This document shows, piece after piece, positions 51,397 through 59,983 of a stretch of 64,000 nt of DNA. Source of the stretch: an uncultured delta proteobacterium (GTDB lineage: Bacteria > Desulfobacterota > Binatia > HRBIN30 > BPIQ01); NCBI GenBank assembly GCA_963761335.1, contig CAVXGR010000015.1, positions 67,796 to 131,795 on the forward strand. Reading direction: 5' to 3'. Under the pieces are notes generated by a model, which worked only from the letters and a program-made list of their open reading frames with translations, did not search any database and was not told the DNA's origin. Made by a program: the position numbers and the translations under genes. Positions within the stretch are counted from its first letter, which is position 1. Each line of letters starts with the position of its first letter.

Positions 51397-51425
51397 TTGA
51401 CAGCCGCCGGTCGCCAAACTATAAG
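51397..51425 (+). promoter_or_regulatory. sigma70-like promoter TTGACA-N17-TATAAG for paralog pair 1
   Basis: Read directly; about 100 nt upstream of the 51524 ATG. Confidence 0.55.
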
Positions 51426-51523
51426 GCGTCCCTCGGTGTTTCGGCCGGGCCGGCGAGGGTTTTCAGAGGAGACACCTGGGAGTGCGGGGAGTTAGCGGTT
51501 CCCCGGCGGAAGGAGACTCGGGA

Positions 51524-52750
51524 ATGGGATGGACGCGCGGACACTTCATGCGCCTTGGGCTTGTGGGGCTCGCCGCCAGCTGGCTCCTCGCGGCATCGGC
51601 TGGTGCTGTGGTCACCACCGAGCGCACGGCCTCGATCCTGATCTTCCCCAAGATCCTCTCCAACGGTACCTACGACACCATCGTGCAGATGACCAATCGG
51701 TCGAATAACGTCGTCTACGCGCACTGCTTCTACGTCGATGCCTCACTGACCGACCCCTCGCAGCCCGAAAGCCCGCTCAACACCCGGCAGTGGCAGGAAG
51801 TCGATTTCGACATCGTGCTGACCAAGCAGCAGCCGACCCACTGGGTGGTTTCTTTGGGCCGCGCCACCAATCCCTTCGATTCATCGTGCACCCGCCAGGG
51901 CGTCTGCATCGGCGGCACTGCTCCGGCGGACACCGCCTGCGGAACCGGGCTGCCGGCCTGCCCCGGTGCCGGCGGCCGCTGCTCGAACACCGACTGCAGC
52001 GATGCCGGCTTCGATCCGGGCCGCATCCCGCCGGTCTCTCCTGGGTTCGAGGGTGAGCTCAAGTGCATCGAGGTCGATCAGTCGGGAGCGCCCCTCAACG
52101 GCAACAACCTGAAGGGCGAGGCGACGCTGCTATCGGTGGCCGAGGTTCCGGGTAAGTCGAAGATCGGAGATGCGAGCAAGTACAACGCCATCGGCGTGGT
52201 CGGGCTGAACGACAATGACGGCGACACGGTGCTCTGCCTGGGGGGCGGGGCCAGCAGCAGCTGTCCCTTCGGCGCCGAGTACGACGGATGCCCAAACGAG
52301 GTACGCTTCAACCACTTCGCCGAGGGGGCAACCGATCCGGTGGTCGAGGCCTTCGGCAACGGCGACCCGAACAATGCGCCGTCGAGCGTCTACACCGAGC
52401 TCACCATCGTTCCCTGCACCGAGGACTTCGAGCAGCAGCGCCCGACCACGGTGCGCATCAACATCAACAGCTACAACGAGTTCGAGAGCGTCTTCTCCTC
52501 CAGTACCCAGGTCGATTGTTGGGGCAACTTCACGCTCGAGTCGATCCGCCCGGTGTTTGACGTCGGCCCCATCGGCACTCGTTTCGTGCAGACGATCCTG
52601 CGACCGGCCCCCGGAGACTCGGGCTTCGTCGGCGTGATGGAGGAGTTCCACACCCAGGAAGGCGCCGGAACCGCGCGCGACGCGATGAACTTGCACGTCA
52701 TCGGCGAGCGCACCGTCTCCGACCTGATCTCCATTCCGGAGGGGCCGTGA
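51524..52750 (+). CDS. secreted cysteine-rich protein, type A (pair 1) of an uncharacterised paralogous family
   Basis: RBS AGGAGA 7 nt upstream. Signal peptide, then TTERTASILIFPKI...TNRSN...HCFYVDA...LTKQQPTHWVVS...GELKCIEVD...KGEATL...KYNAIG...EYDGCP...LTIVPCTED...YNEFE...DCW. Has an extra Cys-rich insertion. Confidence 0.8.
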   Translation: MGWTRGHFMRLGLVGLAASWLLAASAGAVVTTERTASILIFPKILSNGTYDTIVQMTNRSNNVVYAHCFYVDASLTDPSQPESPLNTRQWQEVDFDIVLTKQQPTHWVVSLGRATNPFDSSCTRQGVCIGGTAPADTACGTGLPACPGAGGRCSNTDCSDAGFDPGRIPPVSPGFEGELKCIEVDQSGAPLNGNNLKGEATLLSVAEVPGKSKIGDASKYNAIGVVGLNDNDGDTVLCLGGGASSSCPFGAEYDGCPNEVRFNHFAEGATDPVVEAFGNGDPNNAPSSVYTELTIVPCTEDFEQQRPTTVRININSYNEFESVFSSSTQVDCWGNFTLESIRPVFDVGPIGTRFVQTILRPAPGDSGFVGVMEEFHTQEGAGTARDAMNLHVIGERTVSDLISIPEGP

Positions 52751-52785
52751 GCACGCTGGGTCTGGGGAAGGGAAAGGAGAAGTCC

Positions 52786-54015
52786 ATGCGGGGCTGGCAC
52801 GGCATCTGGTCGACCCTTTCGCTGTCGCTGGCGGCACTGGCGGTTCTCGCGGGCGCGGCGGTGGTCCGAGCCGACGTGCAGTCGGATCAGCCGGCGGCGA
52901 TTCTGGTCTTTCCGAAGCTGCTCGTCGACGTCAGCAGCGACGGCGTCACCCCGGCGCGCGTCGACACGCTGGTGCGCATCACCAACGCCTCGAACACTCC
53001 GGTGACTCTGCAGTGCTTCTACGTGAACGCCACGCCGAGCTGCACCACCGGCCCAGGCAATTGCATCACCAGCCAGCGCTTCGGACCGATCACCTGCAGC
53101 GGCGGCATCACCGCCTGCAAGCCGCAGTGGCAGGAGACTGATTTCCACGTCGTTCTCACCGAGAACCAGCCGGTTGCCTGGCTGGTCTCCAACGGCGCCG
53201 TGGACTGCCAGTCGACGCCCAACGGCAAAAACATCGATCCCGACGACAACGATCCGTGCTTCCCGCTCGACGGCATCTTCCGCACCGGGCCGCACGGCAA
53301 CAACAACGGCAACAGCCGCATTCCGCCGGTGAGCGAGCTACCCTTCATCGGCGAGCTCAAGTGCATCACCGTCGACGACGTCTCCAATGATCAGCCGGTG
53401 GCGCGCAACGACGTGTTCGGCTCGGTGCAGATCATCGAGTCGACGCCCGAGGGGAAGATCGACATCTCGGGATACAACGCCATCGGCATTCAGGCACTGC
53501 CCGACAACGACGGCAACAAGACACTCGTCCTCGGGCGTCCGGGCACCCCGGGCGTCGAGTACAACGGCTGCCCGAACATTCTCATCCTCGACCACTTCTT
53601 CGATCTGGCGACCGATCCGGTGACCCTCGAGCCGGTCACCACCGACCTCACCCTGGTGCCCTGCTCGGAGGACTTTCTGCGGCAGACACAGGAGACGATC
53701 ACGGCGCAGTTCATCGTGTTCAACGAGTTCGAGCAGCGCCTGTCGACGAGTATCCCGGTGACCTGCTTTCGCGAGGTGCAGCTGTCGAACATCGACACGC
53801 TGGTGAACAACCGCTCGATCTTCAGCGCGCCGGTCATGGGGACGCTGACGGGACAGACGCGCATCCGCGGTGTCGCCGACGACCGCACGGATATCGGTCG
53901 CGCCCTGCTGGGAGTGGCCGAAGAGTATCGACCCAGTGGCACGGCGGCATTCAACATTCACGAGCAGGGCGTGCGTGAGCAGAACGATTTTATATACCTG
54001 CCGGGCCTGCAATAG
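52786..54015 (+). CDS. secreted cysteine-rich protein, type B (pair 1)
   Basis: RBS AAGGAGA. Signal peptide ...VRA|DVQSDQPAAILVFPKL...TNASN...QCFYVNA...GELKCITVD...GYNAIGIQ...EYNGCP...LTLVPCSED...FNEFEQR...TGQTRIRG. Starts 35 nt after the type-A stop. Confidence 0.8.
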   Translation: MRGWHGIWSTLSLSLAALAVLAGAAVVRADVQSDQPAAILVFPKLLVDVSSDGVTPARVDTLVRITNASNTPVTLQCFYVNATPSCTTGPGNCITSQRFGPITCSGGITACKPQWQETDFHVVLTENQPVAWLVSNGAVDCQSTPNGKNIDPDDNDPCFPLDGIFRTGPHGNNNGNSRIPPVSELPFIGELKCITVDDVSNDQPVARNDVFGSVQIIESTPEGKIDISGYNAIGIQALPDNDGNKTLVLGRPGTPGVEYNGCPNILILDHFFDLATDPVTLEPVTTDLTLVPCSEDFLRQTQETITAQFIVFNEFEQRLSTSIPVTCFREVQLSNIDTLVNNRSIFSAPVMGTLTGQTRIRGVADDRTDIGRALLGVAEEYRPSGTAAFNIHEQGVREQNDFIYLPGLQ

Positions 54016-54032
54016 GCGAAACGCATTTCATC

Positions 54033-54062
54033 TTGACAGGTATGCGAATTAGCGGTTATAAG
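54033..54062 (+). promoter_or_regulatory. sigma70-like promoter TTGACA-N18-TATAAG for paralog pair 2
   Basis: Read directly, 17 nt after the pair-1 B stop. Same hexamers as the pair-1 promoter. Confidence 0.55.
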
Positions 54063-54142
54063 GCCGCGACTTACGGTCACGGGAATCGTCCGCACCGCAA
54101 GCTCGTAGTCTGTTGGGACGGTGATCGAAAGGAGGAGGGCAA

Positions 54143-55327
54143 ATGCTGAGGCAGCATGGGCGAGTTGGGCTACTGGTGATTGTCGTGGCGAGCCTGGCGC
54201 TAGCCGGGGTGGCGACGGCCGACGTGAGCACGGAGCGGAGCGGTTCGATTCTGGTCTTTCCGAAGATCATTGCCAACGCCTCGCGCGACACCATCATCCA
54301 GATCACGAACACGTCGAACTCGCTGGTGCGGGCCCACTGTTTCTACGTGAACGCCGCGCCATCCGACGTGCCGCCATTCGATCCGCTGTGGATCGAGGTG
54401 GACTTCAACATCACGCTCACCCGGCAGCAGCCGACCCACTGGGTGGTGAGCACCGGGCGGCGGGTGAACCCGTTCGACGCGGTGTGCGACTCGTCGGGGG
54501 TGACGAACTGCAACGACGCCGGCTTCGACCCGGGGCTGATCCCGCCGGTGGTGCCGGACTTCATCGGTGAGCTGAAGTGCGTCGAGGTGGACGACAGCGG
54601 CGCGCCGCTGTCGGGCAACCACCTGAAGGGTGAGGCGACGCTGGTGACCCGGGCCAACGGGGACGTGTCGAAGTACAACGCCATCGCCGTGCTCGGCAAC
54701 GAGAACAACGGCGACGGACTGCTGGTGCTCGGCGGCGGCCAGTGCGTGGGCGACGGTGGGGCGCAGGGAGCGGTGTGCAGCTCGGACGACGACTGCGGCG
54801 ACGCGGCCCCGTGCGCACCGGAGTACAACGGCTGCCCGCAGACGTGGATATTGAACCACCTGGCGTCGGGAGCGCCGGATCCGGCGATCGAGAATCTGGG
54901 CGGCGGACCGTCGAGCGTGGAGACGGAGCTGACGGTGGTGCCGTGCACGCAGAACTACGAGACCCAGGAGCCCACCGAGGTGCGGCTGCAGATGCTGACC
55001 TACAACGAGTTCGAGAACGTGTTCTCGTTCTCCTTTGCGGTGAAGTGCTGGGCGAACGTGGACCTGGGGAGCCTGGGATCGACGCCGCTGACCTTCCTGG
55101 GGCAGCTGGCGGGGCAGTCGCCGTCGAGCTTTCCGCTGGGGACGATGTTCCTGCAGACGCGCTTCCGCTCGGTGCCGAACACGCCGTACGGCGTGATGAT
55201 GGTGGCCGAGGAGTTCCACACCGATGAGGCTGGACAGACGGCGTCGGCGGCGGTGAACCTGCACATCGAAGGGGAGCGCACGACTCCCGACGTCATCACC
55301 ATCCCGGGTGAGCAGATCGCGCCGTGA
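54143..55327 (+). CDS. secreted cysteine-rich protein, type A (pair 2)
   Basis: RBS GGAGGAGGG. ADVSTERSGSILVFPKII...HCFYVNAAP...LTRQQPTHWVVS...GELKCVEVDDSGAPLSGNHLKGEATL...C-terminal DVITIPGEQIAP. Confidence 0.8.
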   Translation: MLRQHGRVGLLVIVVASLALAGVATADVSTERSGSILVFPKIIANASRDTIIQITNTSNSLVRAHCFYVNAAPSDVPPFDPLWIEVDFNITLTRQQPTHWVVSTGRRVNPFDAVCDSSGVTNCNDAGFDPGLIPPVVPDFIGELKCVEVDDSGAPLSGNHLKGEATLVTRANGDVSKYNAIAVLGNENNGDGLLVLGGGQCVGDGGAQGAVCSSDDDCGDAAPCAPEYNGCPQTWILNHLASGAPDPAIENLGGGPSSVETELTVVPCTQNYETQEPTEVRLQMLTYNEFENVFSFSFAVKCWANVDLGSLGSTPLTFLGQLAGQSPSSFPLGTMFLQTRFRSVPNTPYGVMMVAEEFHTDEAGQTASAAVNLHIEGERTTPDVITIPGEQIAP

Positions 55328-55368
55328 AGCGGACAAGACCTGGCTGGCGGACGAAAGGAGATAGGAAG

Positions 55369-56544
55369 ATGAGAACCCGGAAGTGGGCGGTGATGACTGC
55401 GATGCTGGGTACGGCCTTGGTGCTGCACTCGGTGACCCCCGCAACGGCGGATATCGCCTCCGACCGCGCTGCCGCGATCTTGGTGTTTCCCAAGATCGTG
55501 ACCGACACCTCGGAAGGCACGGACACGTTGATTCAGATCACCAACACCTCCAACGATCCCGCCCTTCTGCACTGCTTCTACATCAATGCGAACAATCACT
55601 GCACGATCTCCGGCACCGTGTGCGATCTCGACGCCGGCATCGGCCGGCGATGCCCGTTGGCGGGCGATGTCTGCCTGCCGAGCTGGGTGGAGACGGACTT
55701 CCGCGTCCTGTTGACCATGCAGCAGCCCATTGCCTGGACCGCCTCCGAGGGCCTCGCCAACGGCGACGTCCCGATCGACGGCTTCTTCCGCGTCTCACCC
55801 TCCGGACAGACCAACGTGGGCACGCGCGTGCCGCCGGTTCCGGCGGAAGCGTTGAGCACCGAGACAGACCCGGACCTCTCCTTCACTGGCGAGCTCAAGT
55901 GCATCGTCGTCGACGGCCAGGAACGAGCCATCCCCAGCAACGTCGTCAAGGGAGAGGCGACGATCGTGACCCGTCAGGGTGAGATCCTCCTGGACGCCGA
56001 GAAGTACAACGCCGTCGGCATCCAGGCCATCGAGGGCGATTCCAACGGCGACAACATCCTTGAGCTCGGCGGCGACAGCAACGAGTACAACGGCTGCGCC
56101 AGCGTGCTGATCGTCGACCATTTCTTCGACTACGCCATCAACCCGGTGACCAGCACGCCGGTGTTCTCCGACCTGACGCTGGTGCCCTGCAATGAGGATC
56201 TCCTCAATCAGGTACCCGGCGGGGGCACGGCGCAGTACCTCGTCTACAACGAGTTCGAGCAGCGCTTTTCCACCAGTACTCCCATCCAGTGTTTCTACGA
56301 GACGCAAATGTCTCGAATCGACACGCGCAACACCACGCGGTCGATCTTCAGCGCCTTCGTCGCCGGGACGCTGACCGGACAGACGCGCATCCGCGGCGTC
56401 AATACCGGCTTCATCGGCTTGCTGCGCGAGCGCACCGGCGCCGATTTCCGCGATGAGATCCCGCGCTATATGGGCCGCAGCGCCGCGGTGAATGTCGACA
56501 TGCAGGGCGAGCGGCCCGTTTCGGATCAGATCGTCCTGCCCTAG
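55369..56544 (+). CDS. secreted cysteine-rich protein, type B (pair 2)
   Basis: RBS AAAGGAGA. ADIASDRAAAILVFPKIV...HCFYINA...GELKCIVVD...KYNAVGIQ...EYNGCA...LTLVPCNED...YNEFEQRFSTSTPIQCF...TGQTRIRG. Confidence 0.8.
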   Translation: MRTRKWAVMTAMLGTALVLHSVTPATADIASDRAAAILVFPKIVTDTSEGTDTLIQITNTSNDPALLHCFYINANNHCTISGTVCDLDAGIGRRCPLAGDVCLPSWVETDFRVLLTMQQPIAWTASEGLANGDVPIDGFFRVSPSGQTNVGTRVPPVPAEALSTETDPDLSFTGELKCIVVDGQERAIPSNVVKGEATIVTRQGEILLDAEKYNAVGIQAIEGDSNGDNILELGGDSNEYNGCASVLIVDHFFDYAINPVTSTPVFSDLTLVPCNEDLLNQVPGGGTAQYLVYNEFEQRFSTSTPIQCFYETQMSRIDTRNTTRSIFSAFVAGTLTGQTRIRGVNTGFIGLLRERTGADFRDEIPRYMGRSAAVNVDMQGERPVSDQIVLP

Positions 56545-56582
56545 CGGCCCCGATCTGAGGGTCCGCAGCCTGCGGAATCGAG

Positions 56583-56613
56583 CGGGGAAGGGAAACCTTC
56601 CCCGCTTTTTTTA
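56583..56613 (+). terminator. rho-independent terminator after pair 2
   Basis: GCGGGGAAGG gaaa CCTTCCCCGC TTTTTTT. The T-run overlaps the stop codon of the convergent DUF385 gene. Confidence 0.8.
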
Positions 56614-57009
56614 CCTCCCCAGGTCCAGGCGGATCACCACCGGCTTGCCGCGGCCGAGAGGCAGGCCGACCCAGGGTGCCAGCCGCGCCAGCCAGTACTT
56701 GCGGCGGAAGAGCGCCAGCAGGCGCCTGGCCTCGGCGGCATCCGTCACCGGAGCGGCCCGCCCGGAGAAGGGACGTCCCGCGATGTGGATGGTGACCTCG
56801 GGGCGGTGCAACAGATTGGCGTACCAGCCCTTCTCGGCTTTTGGGCCCGCCTGCACCACGACAGCGTCGCCCTCGGCAACGAACCAGATCTCGGCGCTGC
56901 GTTCCTTTCCGCTGCGCCGCCCGACGGTTTTCAGCTGCGCCGTTCGCGTGCCCCTCAGTGCGTGCAAGAGACCGCACCCATCTCCGTCACCAACGTCTCC
57001 GATGCTCAT
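56611..57009 (-). CDS. DUF385-like small oxidoreductase (deazaflavin/nitroreductase-family split-barrel)
   Basis: MSIGDVG...VGRRSGKERSAEIWFVAEGDAVVVQAGPKAEKGWYANLLHRPEVTIHIAG...ARRLLALFRRKY...; 132 aa. Only the 3' end of listed ORF 56611-58467 is used. Confidence 0.55.
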   Translation of the reverse strand: MSIGDVGDGDGCGLLHALRGTRTAQLKTVGRRSGKERSAEIWFVAEGDAVVVQAGPKAEKGWYANLLHRPEVTIHIAGRPFSGRAAPVTDAAEARRLLALFRRKYWLARLAPWVGLPLGRGKPVVIRLDLGR

Positions 57010-57087
57010 TTCGAGGCCCCACTGTAGTCGCTGCGGAGATTCAGGCAAGGCCGGCGGGGGGATAAGGCAAAACCCCGCAACCGGCCG

Positions 57088-57116
57088 TTGCGGAAGGGGC
57101 GGGCAGCAGGTATAAC
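57088..57116 (+). promoter_or_regulatory. sigma70-like promoter TTGCGG-N17-TATAAC for paralog pair 3
   Basis: Read directly, ~77 nt upstream of the 57193 ATG. Confidence 0.45.
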
Positions 57117-57192
57117 CCCCCCGCCTAATCGCCAAGGGGTCGACTGGCGGCGCGCCGGACTCCCCGGGGCGGGGAGCGAAAGGAGGGTGGAA

Positions 57193-58452
57193 ATGGGCAG
57201 GCAACTGGTGCGCGTCGCGCTTCTGGTGGCGGTCGCTGCAGCGCTGGCAGGTCAGGTGGCGCTGGCCGAGGTCAGCACCGAGCGCAGCGCGTCGATCGTC
57301 GTCTTTCCCAAGGTGATCGCCGACGGTACGCGCGATACCATCATTCAGCTCGGCAACACCTCGAACTCCCTGGTCCGCGCGCACTGCTTCTACGTGAATG
57401 CGGCGCCCCGCGATTCGTCGCGCGACCCCGACCCGATCGTCAATCCGCCGCTGTGGCAGGAGATCGACTTCGACATCTTGCTCACCCGCCAGCAGCCGAC
57501 GCACTGGGTGGTGAGCCGGGGTCGCCGGGTCAACCCACTGGACCAGGCCTGCAGCGCCGACAACCTCGACTGTGACAATGCCGGCTTCGATCCCGGCCTG
57601 ATTCCGCCGGTGCTCCCTGACTTCGTGGGCGAGCTCAAATGCGTCGAGGTGGATGACGGCGGCTCGCCCCTCAGCGGCAATCACTTGAAAGGGGAGGCGA
57701 CGCTGATCGCGCAGCGGCCCACGGTGGTGGCTCCCTACGGCACTCCGGCCGTGCTCCTGCCGGGCGATCCGTCGAAGTACAACGCCATCGGCATCCAGGG
57801 TGTCGAGAACAACGGCGACGGGACGCTCGTCCTCGGCGGTGGCCAGTGCGTCGGGGCGGGCGATGCCAGCGGGGCCGTCTGTACCGGCGATGCCGACTGC
57901 GGTGACGCCGGACCGTGTGCCCCCGAGTACGACGGCTGCCCGGACACCTGGATTCTGAACCACACCACGGAAGGGGCCCCGGATCTGGTGCTCGAGGAGG
58001 CCGGGGCCATGGGAACCAGCGCCGTCGACACCGAGCTGACCGTGGTGCCGTGCACCCAGAACTTCGAGACACAGGAGTTCAAGCCATCGAAAGTCACCCT
58101 GCAGTTCCGCACCACCAACGAGTTCGAGTCCACCTTTTCGATGTCGACCACCGTGCAGTGCTGGGGCAACTTCAGCATTGATGAGATCGGCGGCTCCTTC
58201 GGCCTGACGCTGAATGGAACCCCGATCCTGGATCCGCAGGGTACGATGTTCCTGGAGACCCGCATCCGTTCGGCGGGCGACAATGCCGGCGGCGTGCTCA
58301 TGGTCGGTGAGGAGTTTCACACCGGCCGGCTGGGTACGATCGGCACCACCCCCGTGCGTCTGGCGTCGCCTGCTGCCTCCAACTTGCACGTCGAGGGGCA
58401 GGCAGCGGGGCCGGACGTGATCACCATTCCCGCTGAGCAGATCGCTCCGTGA
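57193..58452 (+). CDS. secreted cysteine-rich protein, type A (pair 3)
   Basis: RBS AAAGGAGGG. AEVSTERSASIVVFPKVI...HCFYVNAAP...LTRQQPTHWVVS...GELKCVEVDDGGSPLSGNHLKGEATL...C-terminal DVITIPAEQIAP. Closest to the pair-2 A protein. Confidence 0.8.
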   Translation: MGRQLVRVALLVAVAAALAGQVALAEVSTERSASIVVFPKVIADGTRDTIIQLGNTSNSLVRAHCFYVNAAPRDSSRDPDPIVNPPLWQEIDFDILLTRQQPTHWVVSRGRRVNPLDQACSADNLDCDNAGFDPGLIPPVLPDFVGELKCVEVDDGGSPLSGNHLKGEATLIAQRPTVVAPYGTPAVLLPGDPSKYNAIGIQGVENNGDGTLVLGGGQCVGAGDASGAVCTGDADCGDAGPCAPEYDGCPDTWILNHTTEGAPDLVLEEAGAMGTSAVDTELTVVPCTQNFETQEFKPSKVTLQFRTTNEFESTFSMSTTVQCWGNFSIDEIGGSFGLTLNGTPILDPQGTMFLETRIRSAGDNAGGVLMVGEEFHTGRLGTIGTTPVRLASPAASNLHVEGQAAGPDVITIPAEQIAP

Positions 58453-58489
58453 TCCTGGTGCAGCCATGAGCGCGAAAGGAGAAGGTCCG

Positions 58490-59827
58490 ATGAAGATGTG
58501 GATTGGGCTCGCCGTGACTGCCGCTCTGGGATTGGGGGCCCTGCTCTGCGCAGCTCCGGCCCGAGCGGATGTCGCTTCCGATCAACCCGCGGCCATCCTG
58601 GTTTTTCCAAAGGTCGTCACCGGCGACGTCACCATCGGCAGTGGCGTTTTCAGCGCCGTTCTAAAATCCGATACCATCATTCAGATCAGCAATACCTCGA
58701 GCGACCCGGTGACCCTGCAGTGCTTCTACGTGAACGCCAACAGCCATTGCAGCACCAGTGGCCTCGTCTGCAACCCGCTGGTGACACCGGCGTGCCCTGC
58801 GCCGGAGGACGTCTGTCTTCCCGGCTGGGTGGAGACGGACTTCCGCGTCGTGCTCACGCCGTTCCAGCCACTCGGGTGGACGGTCTCGTCCGGGCTCGCC
58901 TCGGAAGACCTGCCACTCGATGGGGTTTTGCAGCGCGGACCTACCGGGCAGAGCAACGTCGGAACCCGCGTTCCGCCGCTGCGCGCCGAGCCGGCCAGCG
59001 TCGGCGTTCTCGGTCAGATCGATGACGGCCGTTCCGTCAAGGGCGAGCTGAAGTGCGTCGTCGTCGACGATCAGGGAAACGCCGTGGCCCGCAACGTGGT
59101 GAAGGGAGAGGCGACGATCATCTCCAGTCTCTCCGTGCTGACCAGCATCGGTGCGGGTGCCGACGTGCAGATCCCCAACGCCGAAAGGTATAACGCCGTC
59201 GGCATCCAGGCGTCCGGGGGAGATGCCAACGGCGACAAGGTTCTCGATCTCGGCGGGACCGCGGGAGAGTACAACGGCTGCGCCAACGTGCTGATCATGG
59301 ACCATTTCTTCGACTATTCCCCCAATCCGGTGGCGAATACGCAGGTCTTCTCCGACCTCACCCTGGTGCCGTGCAGCGAGAACCTGCGCACCCAGGTTCC
59401 CCAGCAGGTGGTGGCGCAGTATCTGGTATTCAACGAGTTCGAGCAGCGCTTCTCGACCAGCACGCCGTTTCAGTGCTACTTCGACCGGCCCCTGTCGCGC
59501 ATCGACACCTCGAACGCGGCGCGCTCGGTCTTCAGCGTTTTCGTCTCCGGCACGCTCACCGGGCAGACGCGCATTCGCGGCATCGGCTCCGGATTGGTCG
59601 GGGTGTTGCGCGAGCGCCAGGTCGGCATTCCCGATGAGGCCGACTCCGTGCTCACCGAGACCACATCGGCGGCCGACGCAGTGGCGTCCTTCGACGGCAC
59701 GTTGCTGGACATGGAACGCGACGTTCCCGGTTTCGGCTCCGTTTTCAATGCGGCCTTCCGTTCCTCGATGATCAACTTGCACATCCAGGGCGATCGGCCC
59801 GAGGCCGATCATCTGGTCCTGCCCTAA
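58490..59827 (+). CDS. secreted cysteine-rich protein, type B (pair 3)
   Basis: RBS AAAGGAGAAGG. ADVASDQPAAILVFPKVV...QCFYVNA...GELKCVVVDDQG...RYNAVGIQ...EYNGCA...LTLVPCSEN...FNEFEQRFSTSTPFQCY...TGQTRIRG. Confidence 0.8.
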   Translation: MKMWIGLAVTAALGLGALLCAAPARADVASDQPAAILVFPKVVTGDVTIGSGVFSAVLKSDTIIQISNTSSDPVTLQCFYVNANSHCSTSGLVCNPLVTPACPAPEDVCLPGWVETDFRVVLTPFQPLGWTVSSGLASEDLPLDGVLQRGPTGQSNVGTRVPPLRAEPASVGVLGQIDDGRSVKGELKCVVVDDQGNAVARNVVKGEATIISSLSVLTSIGAGADVQIPNAERYNAVGIQASGGDANGDKVLDLGGTAGEYNGCANVLIMDHFFDYSPNPVANTQVFSDLTLVPCSENLRTQVPQQVVAQYLVFNEFEQRFSTSTPFQCYFDRPLSRIDTSNAARSVFSVFVSGTLTGQTRIRGIGSGLVGVLRERQVGIPDEADSVLTETTSAADAVASFDGTLLDMERDVPGFGSVFNAAFRSSMINLHIQGDRPEADHLVLP

Positions 59828-59833
59828 GTTCCC

Positions 59834-59880
59834 CCGGGAGGCGGAAGCCGTCGCTTCCGCCTCCCCGGGCGCTTCTTTCA
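59834..59880 (+). terminator. terminator-like GC hairpin after pair 3
   Basis: CCCGGGAGGCGGAAGC cgtc GCTTCCGCCTCCCCGGG followed by a weak T tract (gcttctttc). Confidence 0.55.
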
Positions 59881-59983
59881 CTGCACCCCAATGCCTATCG
59901 AGCCGAGTGACCGACGCCGGGGGCGTTGTTGAAGATCGGACTGGACCCTGAGAGAATCGCGCCGAGGCCGCAGGGCCGGCCAA

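Noticed and set aside
51524-59827. Possibility that the six paralogs are PEP-CTERM/exosortase substrates or c-type cytochromes
   Set aside because: The C-termini (…DVITIPGEQIAP, …ADHLVLP) lack a PEP motif plus TM helix plus basic tail, and there is no CxxCH motif.
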